NCBI GenBank assembly: GCA_964348915.1
Contig: CAYGEM010000002.1
Span: forward strand, 13,617-64,300
Length of the DNA stretch: 50,684 nucleotides
Direction of reading: 5' to 3'
Origin: an uncultured Candidatus Saccharibacteria bacterium
GTDB lineage: Bacteria > Patescibacteriota > Minisyncoccia > UBA6257 > Colwellbacteraceae
Position 1 is the stretch's first letter, and each line of letters begins with the position of its first letter. The notes under the pieces are model-generated. The model searched no databases, was not told the origin of the DNA, and was given only the letters and a program-made list of their open reading frames with translations. Of this stretch, positions 26,530 through 33,206 are shown piece by piece. The translations under genes were made by a program, and so were the position numbers.

Positions 26530-26776
26530 TGTTGACTAAATATAAGGGTTTTTTAGAGGGGAGTCAATCGAATTTATTTCGAATCAATGCTCGCCCAAAG
26601 ATAGCGGTAAGCAAGGATGCGGTACGGACTCCATTTTTGGGCGAGAACGGGGTCGCAAGAGCAGAGATGACTGATGGCAGAAGAGCGGGGCATTATTTAG
26701 AAGATTAGGACAGGAAAAGGGGAAGGCAATGGCGGGAGTTTCACAGTGTATAACTGCATTGAGAACATATCATCAA

Positions 26777-27046
26777 CTATCGTTGTTTTGTCGGTAGCCC
26801 CTTATTGAATTTTTCGACCAACATTTCTTTTTTGTCCCGGCGCCATTTTTTAATTTGGATTTCCCTTTCCCTCGCTTCGATTAAAGAATTATAGCTTTCG
26901 CTGAAGATTAAGATAAATTTAGTTTTGTGTTTCGTAAATTTGGCTCCTTGTTTTGTGTTGTGGCAATATAGCCTACTTTTTAAGTTCTCGGTCACGCCGA
27001 CATAAAGATCGTTAAAATCGTTTTTGATCATGTACACATAATACAT
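26777..27046 (-). CDS. GIY-YIG nuclease-superfamily small protein (UPF0213/YhbQ-like)
   Basis: Start trimmed to the ATG at 27046 (MYYVYMIKNDFNDLYVGVTENLKSRLYCHN...), which gives the GIY..YVG motif. A TATAAT lies 7 nt upstream of this ATG. Confidence 0.75.
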   Translation of the reverse strand: MYYVYMIKNDFNDLYVGVTENLKSRLYCHNTKQGAKFTKHKTKFILIFSESYNSLIEAREREIQIKKWRRDKKEMLVEKFNKGLPTKQR

Positions 27047-27206
27047 AGGTAAATTATAGAATAATCTGTTCCTCGACTTGGTTCGACTTCGCTCACCATA
27101 AACCGCTCGGGGCACTCGATTCTTTTTGAGCAAGACAAATCAACCCAGATAACGTTTAAGTGGTTTACCACGAGTGAACCCCGAGTTTATCGAGGGGCGA
27201 ATCGAG

Positions 27207-27558
27207 TGGAGATGGCGGGAGTTGAACCCGCGTCCGAGGCGAGGCAAGAAAAATTTCTACAAGCTTAGCCGGATTGATTTGGAATCAAGGCCTTTAATCC
27301 GGCGAAAAAGCTTTGATTCTTTCGTCCTTTTTTTCGTCGGGAGAACGGACGATTTCTCCTGATATAGCTTAATTTATAACACCTTTAGGCCTTATCAAGC
27401 TTCGGGCCGGGCGGCGACTTTAAGCGTAGGCGTGAGCCGGAACTAAAGCCACAGTGCGATTTGAGTTGGCACTTTTTGTTTCGGAAAGTTTTTAAAGAGA
27501 TTCCCGAACTCTTGCTTGCCATTCTTCTTTTCGCGCTCCGTCGAGGCCTTGCATCCCC
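27207..27558 (-). ncRNA. ssrA: tmRNA (SsrA), one-piece, about 352 nt
   Basis: Minus strand. The 5' GGGGATGCAAGGCCTCGACGG pairs with the 3' ...GGACGCGGGTTCAACTCCCGCCATCTCCA, giving an acceptor stem with a G3:U70 pair and T arm GCGGG/TTCAACT/CCCGC. Tag ORF at 27470..27420: GCC AAC TCA AAT CGC ACT GTG GCT TTA GTT CCG GCT CAC GCC TAC GCT TAA = ANSNRTVALVPAHAYA*. Lies directly downstream of smpB. CCA not encoded. Confidence 0.9.
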
Positions 27559-27566
27559 ATAGCGAA

Positions 27567-27610
27567 GCTGACTGATGACTAACGACTAACAACTTACGAC
27601 CAATAACGAC
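27567..27610. repeat. Heptanucleotide tandem array (about 6 units, consensus ACGACTN) between smpB and the tmRNA 5' end
   Basis: gctgact gatgact aacgact aacaact tacgacc aataacg. Related arrays occur at 29780-29820 and 33110-33130. Confidence 0.8.
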
Positions 27611-27623
27611 TTCGCGAATGAAC

Positions 27624-27661
27624 AAATTCGTACATTCGTATTGATTCGTAAATTCGTATGG
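27624..27661. repeat. Four ATTCGTA direct repeats at 8/10/8-nt spacing
   Basis: ATTCGTA at 27626, 27634, 27644 and 27652. 27643-27661 is the exact reverse complement of 29826-29844 (a 19-mer). Confidence 0.8.
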
Positions 27662-27664
27662 CTA

Positions 27665-28108
27665 TTATTTTTTCAAGGTACGGGCGGTTTCTTTCTTTAC
27701 TTCCCTCTCTTTTATCACCTCGCGCTTGTCCTCTTTTTTCCGTTTTTTCGCGAGGCCGATTTCGAGCTTTATCCTGCCGGCTTTAGTATAAACACTAAGA
27801 GGAATAATTGTCAATCCTCTTTCGTTGGTTTTGCCAATCAGGTTTTTGATTTCCTCCCTTTTCAAAAGAAGTTTTTTGGTGCGGTCAGAGACAAAGCTCT
27901 GGGGCGCGTTTTCGGGCTGATAGGCGCCGATGTCCGCATTCAAGAGCCAGGCCTCATTTCCGCGGATGATTACATGTCCGGAAGAAAGGTTCATTTTGCC
28001 CTGGCGGACCGCCTTTGTTTCGAATCCGGTCAAAACAAGGCCGGCCTCGAATTTATCCAGAATTTCATAGTCAAAAAGGGCATTCCGATTGGTGGCGTAA
28101 GGAGGCAT
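27665..28108 (-). CDS. smpB: SsrA-binding protein SmpB
   Basis: 147 aa. ATNRNALFDYEILDKFEAGLVLTGFETK plus a basic C-terminal tail. Confidence 0.95.
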   Translation of the reverse strand: MPPYATNRNALFDYEILDKFEAGLVLTGFETKAVRQGKMNLSSGHVIIRGNEAWLLNADIGAYQPENAPQSFVSDRTKKLLLKREEIKNLIGKTNERGLTIIPLSVYTKAGRIKLEIGLAKKRKKEDKREVIKEREVKKETARTLKK

Positions 28109-28126
28109 ACGCTATAATTCTAATCA

Positions 28127-29773
28127 ATGGTTGAGGAAATCGCTAATTTAATTCGGGAAGCGACCAAGGAGGAGGCAAAGATAACGATTCCGGAGGACCC
28201 GAAATTCGGCCATTATTCCACCAATCTCGCTTTTATCGTCGCCAAATATCGGGAGATGGATCCTGCGGCGGCGGCCAAGGAGTTGAAAGACAAAATTTAT
28301 AATTACGCGCCAAAAGGTTTTTTCGAGCGCATTGATATCGCTGGAGGATTCCTCAATTTTTTTCTCGGAGAAAAAACTTTGGAGAAAGAATTTGAAAAAA
28401 TATTGCGGGAAAAAGGGGAATACGGTGCTTCTTCTTCCGGCCGGGGGAAAACGATAGTCATCGATTATTCCGCGCCGAATATCGCCAAGCCGATGAACAT
28501 CGGGCATCTGCCTTCGACCATCATCGGCCAGGCCCTGGTTAATCTGTACAGATTTTCGGGTTACCGGGTTATTGGAGACAACCACCTGGGCGATTGGGGA
28601 ACGCAACTCGGCAGCCTTATCGCGGCCTACAAAAAATGGGGAGACAAGAAAGAATTCGCGGTTCGCCCGATTGACCATCTGGTCGGTCTTTATGTCCGAT
28701 TCCATCGGGAAGCGGAGGACGATGAGGAACTGGCCAAGGAAGCGCGCGAAGAGACAAGAAAACTTCAGGAGGGCGACAAAGAAAATCGGCGGTTATGGAA
28801 GCTGTTTGTAAAGGAGAGTTTGAAAGAATTCAATAAAATTTATCGGCGACTCGGCATAAAGTTTAATGTATCTTTGAGCGAGAGTTTTTATCAGCCGATG
28901 CTTAAGGGGATCGTTGATGAGGCGCTGGCGAGAGGAGTGGCCAGAAAAGATGACGGGGCAATTAAAATATCCTCCGATAGTTTGCCCGATTTCGTCATTC
29001 GGAAAACCAACGGTTCATTTCTGTATACCACTACCGATTTGGCCACAATAAAATACCGGGTGAAACGCTGGAATCCGCGGAAAATTCTTTATGTGGTGTC
29101 TAATGAACAAACGCTTCATTTCAGCCAGTTATTCGTTGCCACGGAAAAATTGGGTTATGCGCCCCAGGTTGAATTGGCCCACATTAAATTCGGCATGGTG
29201 CTTGGCGAATCAGGCAAGAAAATGTCCACCCGGCGCGGGGAATTCATCAAGCTCGAGGAAGTGCTGGACAAGGCGACGGGAAAAGCCGGAGAGATCAATA
29301 AGGCGGCGGCCGAGGAAGTGGGGATAGGCGCGGTGAAATATAATATTTTATCCCATGATCGGATGAGCGACATTGTTTTTGACTGGGAGAAGATGCTCGA
29401 TTTACGCGGCAATTCCGGGCCGTATCTCCAGTATGCCTATGCCCGCTGCCGGAGCGTTTTAAGAAAAGCCGGAAGATTTAGCAAGAGAGTCGGGATTGAT
29501 TTGCTGACCGCGGAGAGCGAAAAAGAATTATTGCGCGAGATATTATATTTTCCGGACGCTGTTTCTTTTGCCGCGGAGAATTACAGTGTGAACCACTTGA
29601 CTGATTATCTCTATCGACTTGCCGGAGCGATGAATAATTTTTACGAAAAAGAGCCGGTTCTCAAAGCCGAAAAAAATTTGAAGCAGGCGCGGCTCGCCTT
29701 GCTTTTCAGCGCAAGCGAAATTTTGAAAAAAGGATTGGAACTTTTGGGAATAAAGGTGGCGGAGAGGATGTGA
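28127..29773 (+). CDS. argS: Arginine--tRNA ligase
   Basis: 548 aa. SAPNIAKPMNIGHLPSTIIG (HIGH-type region), a DALR anticodon-binding C-terminus, and C-terminal ...ERM. Confidence 0.9.
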   Translation: MVEEIANLIREATKEEAKITIPEDPKFGHYSTNLAFIVAKYREMDPAAAAKELKDKIYNYAPKGFFERIDIAGGFLNFFLGEKTLEKEFEKILREKGEYGASSSGRGKTIVIDYSAPNIAKPMNIGHLPSTIIGQALVNLYRFSGYRVIGDNHLGDWGTQLGSLIAAYKKWGDKKEFAVRPIDHLVGLYVRFHREAEDDEELAKEAREETRKLQEGDKENRRLWKLFVKESLKEFNKIYRRLGIKFNVSLSESFYQPMLKGIVDEALARGVARKDDGAIKISSDSLPDFVIRKTNGSFLYTTTDLATIKYRVKRWNPRKILYVVSNEQTLHFSQLFVATEKLGYAPQVELAHIKFGMVLGESGKKMSTRRGEFIKLEEVLDKATGKAGEINKAAAEEVGIGAVKYNILSHDRMSDIVFDWEKMLDLRGNSGPYLQYAYARCRSVLRKAGRFSKRVGIDLLTAESEKELLREILYFPDAVSFAAENYSVNHLTDYLYRLAGAMNNFYEKEPVLKAEKNLKQARLALLFSASEILKKGLELLGIKVAERM

Positions 29774-29779
29774 GTTAAG

Positions 29780-29820
29780 CCGACTAACAACTAACGACTT
29801 ACGACTAACGACTCACGACA
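29780..29820. repeat. Heptanucleotide tandem array ACGACTN, about 6 units
   Basis: ccgacta acaacta acgactt acgacta acgactc acgaca, immediately after the argS stop. Confidence 0.85.
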
Positions 29821-29825
29821 GGCCT

Positions 29826-29892
29826 CCATACGAATTTACGAATCGGCACTTGTCCCGATAGTATAGAGGGACGAATATACGAATTTGTGCCG
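29826..29892. repeat. TACGAAT repeat cluster (4 copies in two pairs)
   Basis: TACGAAT at 29829 and 29837, ACGAAT at 29871, TACGAAT at 29878. GGCAC (29845-29849) and GTGCC (29888-29892) are inverted. Confidence 0.8.
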
Positions 29893-29898
29893 TTCTTT

Positions 29899-29935
29899 TT
29901 GACAAAGCGCTTTCATTATGTTTCTCTTTAAGCAG
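29899..29935 (+). promoter_or_regulatory. TTGACA-N10-ATTATGTTTCTCTTTAAGCAG element upstream of pyrF
   Basis: Same architecture and an identical 21-mer at 31655-31691. UUUCUCU (29921-29927) is complementary to AGAGAGA (29966-29972) next to the SD GAGGGAGG. Confidence 0.6.
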
Positions 29936-29988
29936 TAACAGCAGTTGTACCTTATCAAAGCTTTCAGAGAGAGAGGGAGGTGAAATAA

Positions 29989-30867
29989 ATGGCAGGTTTT
30001 CGTCAGAAGTTGGCTCGGCGTCAGGAGAAGATCGGCTCTCTTCTGTGCGTGGGATTAGATCCTGTCTGGGAGAAGATTCCGCGTTCCGTGAAGAGGGCCT
30101 GTTCTTCACCGAAGGACGCGGTTCTTCTCTGGGCGATGGGGATTGTTGATGCAGTCGTATTCGACACCTGTCTCTTCAAGCCTCAGCATGCCCACTGGGA
30201 GGCGATTCCCGGCGGCATCGAGGTCTTGAGGACATTGGTCGCTTATATCCACTCCAACTACCCCACCATCCCAGTCTTCGTCGACTGCAAGAGGGGAGAC
30301 ATCGAGGACACCCAAGCCCAGTACGGGGTCGCTCATCTTAAAGGAGAGCGGTTCGACGGCATGAATATAAACGGTTACATGGGGCTTGCCACCGTCGAAC
30401 CCCTCGCCCGGCGGTATCCCGGCCGAGCCATCGTCGGGCTTGGCCGGACCAGCAATTCGTCCGCTTGGGAGATACAGGACACTCCTATGGCAGATGGGCG
30501 ACCGTTTTGGGAGTTCATGGTCAAATGTCAGCTTGCCTGGTTCCGGCAGCTTGGCATTACGGCCGATGCCGGCCTGGTTATGGGCGCCGCTTATCCCGAC
30601 CCCAAAGATCCCGGCCGAGTCTACGATGCCCATCTCCGGCGAGTCCGAGAACTCGTCGATGACGAACTGTGGCTCCTGATTCCTGGTATCGGGAAGCAAG
30701 GGGGTCTAGCTCGAGCCACGGCCGAGGCCAGTTTCCGGGGTTGGGGCAGTATCGCCATCAACTCGTCCAGGGCGATCATCTTCGCCAGCGGAAAGGCGGA
30801 TTTTGCCGAAGCCGCTGTAGCGGTTGCGCGTACTACGAACGATGAGCTGATGGCCGGAATCAAGTAG
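29989..30867 (+). CDS. pyrF: Orotidine 5'-phosphate decarboxylase, type 2
   Basis: 292 aa. LCVGLDP, FKPQHAHW, DCKRGDIEDT and IPGIGKQGG are the long-form OMPdecase motifs. GC-rich relative to the backbone. Confidence 0.85.
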   Translation: MAGFRQKLARRQEKIGSLLCVGLDPVWEKIPRSVKRACSSPKDAVLLWAMGIVDAVVFDTCLFKPQHAHWEAIPGGIEVLRTLVAYIHSNYPTIPVFVDCKRGDIEDTQAQYGVAHLKGERFDGMNINGYMGLATVEPLARRYPGRAIVGLGRTSNSSAWEIQDTPMADGRPFWEFMVKCQLAWFRQLGITADAGLVMGAAYPDPKDPGRVYDAHLRRVRELVDDELWLLIPGIGKQGGLARATAEASFRGWGSIAINSSRAIIFASGKADFAEAAVAVARTTNDELMAGIK

Positions 30868-30903
30868 CCCGTATGTCACCCGAAGCCGGAAGGAGGTGAG
30901 ATC

Positions 30904-31560
30904 GTGCCTATTTTTTCCGAAGACGTCACTCGGATTCTCGAGCAGAGGGATGCTCTGTGGATCCATTCGGGAAATCCGAAGGACCCGCATGCAGAGCTGA
31001 CTTCAGGCAAGTGCAGTGACGGTTTCGTCGACGTCCTTCGAGCCCTCCGCTACACCGATGATTGCATGCTTCTTGCCGAGGGCCTCGTTACCCTGCTCCG
31101 GAAGAACTACAGCGGTCCGGTGGATTGGGTAGTTGGTTCGGATCACGCCGGCGCCGCCCTTTCGCACTCGGTGGCCATTCTATTCCATGCGAAACACGAC
31201 TTCACCGAAAAGAAAGAAGAACTGGGCGATGGAGAGATGGTCAAGGAGCAGTTGTGGCGTCGCTTCGAGATCAAGCCCGGAGATATGGTGCTTCAAGTCG
31301 AGGATTTGATCACGACCACGGGGACGCTTCTTCGCGTCCGGCAAGGGATCAGGGCGGGGAACCATTCTTCAGTCCGGTTTGTCCCATTCTCTCTCGTCCT
31401 GGTTCATCGGTCCGATGTCTACGAGATCGAGGGAGAGCCGATCCTCTATCTTGCCCATTACGACATCCGGACCTGGGAGCCGGCCGATTGCCCTCTCTGC
31501 AGAGCCGGGTCGAAACGGCTTCGCCCGAAGAAAAGCTGGGCGGAGCTGGTTGGCCGATAG
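30904..31560 (+). CDS. pyrE: Type I phosphoribosyltransferase, probably orotate phosphoribosyltransferase
   Basis: 218 aa. GTG start 8 nt after GGAAGGAGGTGAG. PRPP-binding loop VLQVEDLITTTGTL. The OPRT call rests mainly on adjacency to pyrF. Confidence 0.6.
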   Translation: MPIFSEDVTRILEQRDALWIHSGNPKDPHAELTSGKCSDGFVDVLRALRYTDDCMLLAEGLVTLLRKNYSGPVDWVVGSDHAGAALSHSVAILFHAKHDFTEKKEELGDGEMVKEQLWRRFEIKPGDMVLQVEDLITTTGTLLRVRQGIRAGNHSSVRFVPFSLVLVHRSDVYEIEGEPILYLAHYDIRTWEPADCPLCRAGSKRLRPKKSWAELVGR

Positions 31561-31596
31561 CTCTTCGTGGGACAGGAGATAAACCCCTAAACTCCT

Positions 31597-31643
31597 AGCG
31601 GCCATGCGGATAACAAATCGCATGGCCGCTGTTCATTTCTATT
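31597..31643 (+). terminator. Intrinsic terminator after pyrE
   Basis: 12-bp perfect stem AGCGGCCATGCG (31597-31608) / CGCATGGCCGCT (31619-31630) with a 10-nt loop, followed by GTTCATTTCTATT. Confidence 0.7.
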
Positions 31644-31654
31644 CGAAAAGATGT

Positions 31655-31691
31655 TTGACACGCCATTATTATTATGTTTCTCTTTAAGCAG
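31655..31691 (+). promoter_or_regulatory. Second copy of TTGACA-N10-ATTATGTTTCTCTTTAAGCAG, upstream of the orphan ORF
   Basis: Identical 21-mer at 31671-31691. AGCAG (31687-31691) pairs with CTGCT (31701-31705). UUUCUCU (31677-31683) can pair with AGAGAGG (31713-31719), overlapping the SD. Confidence 0.6.
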
Positions 31692-31731
31692 GTCTTAATA
31701 CTGCTGATACTTAGAGAGGGAGGCGAGATCG

Positions 31732-32049
31732 ATGGATAAGGAAGAAAAGATCCTCCTTTCGCGTTGTCGAAAGAAGACAAAGGTGGAGGTCGAGGGGGCG
31801 TGGGAAGTCTACTATCCCAGCATCGGGCCCCTCTTCCGGAATGAAAGGGCCGTAGGGGGCGTACCCGAGAGCATATGCATACCTCGGGTCCTCGGCACCA
31901 AAGACGAGGTTGTGCAACTCGTGAGGCTCCTCGAGCTTCCTCTGATGGGGCCCTACGGGGTTTTCCTTCGACCCCTCAAAGTGCAGGTGAGAGGGGTAGT
32001 CGCCAGAGAGGCCATAAAGGCCATCGGCGACAAGGACAAGAAGGAGTAG
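31732..32049 (+). CDS. Hypothetical small protein (105 aa) sharing the pyrF-type leader
   Basis: ORF with SD GAGGGAGG upstream and a strong terminator downstream. GC-rich like pyrF/pyrE. No motif recognised. Confidence 0.6.
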   Translation: MDKEEKILLSRCRKKTKVEVEGAWEVYYPSIGPLFRNERAVGGVPESICIPRVLGTKDEVVQLVRLLELPLMGPYGVFLRPLKVQVRGVVAREAIKAIGDKDKKE

Positions 32050-32059
32050 GATACCACCG

Positions 32060-32090
32060 GCGGTCGTGCTTGCACGACCGCTTCGTTTTT
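32060..32090 (+). terminator. Intrinsic terminator (GC stem, CUUG loop, T-run)
   Basis: GCGGTCGTG (32060-32068) / CACGACCGC (32073-32081) around CTTG, followed by TTCGTTTTT. Confidence 0.85.
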
Positions 32091-32227
32091 AATCGAATTC
32101 TTAATTAAGAACCATTAGTTATTAACCGTGGATTATAGACAAATTTCTGCTATAGCAATGGAATGTCTATAGAATAAGAATAATTAGAATATTAATTAAT
32201 CACGGGATATCGGTTATTATTAATCCG

Positions 32228-33106
32228 ATGCCAAATTTGACCATTTTAACCACCAAACCGAGCAAGGATTACGAACTTCTGGACAGCGGTGAGGGAGAAA
32301 AGCTGGAACGTTACGGTGAAGTGATTTTGAGCCGGCCGGACCCGCAGGCCTTATGGCGGAAAAATCTTCCTGAAAGCGAATGGAAAAAAGCGCGGGCAAA
32401 ATTCGCCGGGCAGGGAGAAAAATCCGGCTGGATCATCGATCCTTCGGTGCCAAAGAAGTGGGAAATCAGTTTTGGTGACATGAGATTTTTGATCAAACCC
32501 TCGTCTTTCAAGCACGTTGGTCTTTTCCCGGAACAATTGTCGAATTGGGAGTGGCTCGAGGAGACACTTTCAAAAAGAAAAGGAGCGACAAGCGCGCTTA
32601 ATCTTTTCGGTTATACCGGCGGCGCGACCCTCGCCTTGGCCAAAGCCGGCGCCGAGGTCTGCCACGTGGACGGTTCAAAAGTGGCCTTAAGCTCGGCCCG
32701 GGAAAACGCCGAGATTTCCGGATTGGATAAAAAACCGATTCGCTGGATTTTGGACGACGCCGTGACTTTCGTCGAAAGGGAAATCCGGCGGGGCAGGACT
32801 TATGACGGATTCGTTATGGATCCGCCGGCTTTCGGCCATGGCCCCTCGGGCGAACTTTGGAAAATAGAGCAGGATTTTTTGAAACTTTTCGATTTGTGCC
32901 TGAAATTATTTTCAAAAAAACCGCTATTCTTCCTTATCAATGGTTACGCATCGGGATATTCAGCTATCGCCTACGGCAACACTTTGTTAAGTATAAAGGA
33001 AAGGTACGGCGGAGAAATCGAGGTCGGCGAATTAACCATTGAGGAGACGTCTGGAAGGTGTCTTCTGCCCTGCGGGATATTCAGCCGGTGGCGAGCCGAT
33101 TGCTAA
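32228..33106 (+). CDS. Class I SAM-dependent methyltransferase (RlmI/RlmK-like, COG1092-type, without PUA)
   Basis: 292 aa. SAM-binding FGYTGGATLALAKAGAEVCHVDGS and motif IV VMDPPAFG. Confidence 0.8.
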   Translation: MPNLTILTTKPSKDYELLDSGEGEKLERYGEVILSRPDPQALWRKNLPESEWKKARAKFAGQGEKSGWIIDPSVPKKWEISFGDMRFLIKPSSFKHVGLFPEQLSNWEWLEETLSKRKGATSALNLFGYTGGATLALAKAGAEVCHVDGSKVALSSARENAEISGLDKKPIRWILDDAVTFVEREIRRGRTYDGFVMDPPAFGHGPSGELWKIEQDFLKLFDLCLKLFSKKPLFFLINGYASGYSAIAYGNTLLSIKERYGGEIEVGELTIEETSGRCLLPCGIFSRWRADC

Positions 33107-33109
33107 CCT

Positions 33110-33198
33110 ACGACTTACGACTAACGACCTATGGCTGACGAGGAATAACAAAATAGAAATAAGGAAGATTTTTTTTCATGTCGTTGGTCGTCAGTTGT
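33110..33198. repeat. Inverted pair of ACGACTN heptamer arrays flanking a 49-nt spacer
   Basis: 33110-33130 reads ACGACTT ACGACTA ACGACCT. 33180-33198 GTCGTTGGTCGTCAGTTGT is the reverse complement of ACAACTG ACGACCA ACGAC. As RNA, 18 of 19 positions can pair if G:U is allowed. Confidence 0.75.
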
Positions 33199-33206
33199 GA
33201 GTTTAT

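Noticed and set aside
27443-28117. Track ORFs 27443..27625 (-) and 27641..28117 (+)
   Set aside because: The first lies within the tmRNA gene and the heptamer array. The second is antisense to smpB. Neither has protein-like features.
27567-29892. CRISPR array interpretation of the short tandem repeats
   Set aside because: The units are 7-8 nt with no spacers of 25-40 nt, and no cas genes are present in the window.
30106-30990. Minus-strand ORFs 30106..30699, 30621..30863 and 30706..30990, and plus-strand ORFs 30386..30679 and 31062..31598, within pyrF/pyrE
   Set aside because: Shadow ORFs in GC-rich coding sequence. PyrF and the PRTase frames carry the diagnostic motifs.
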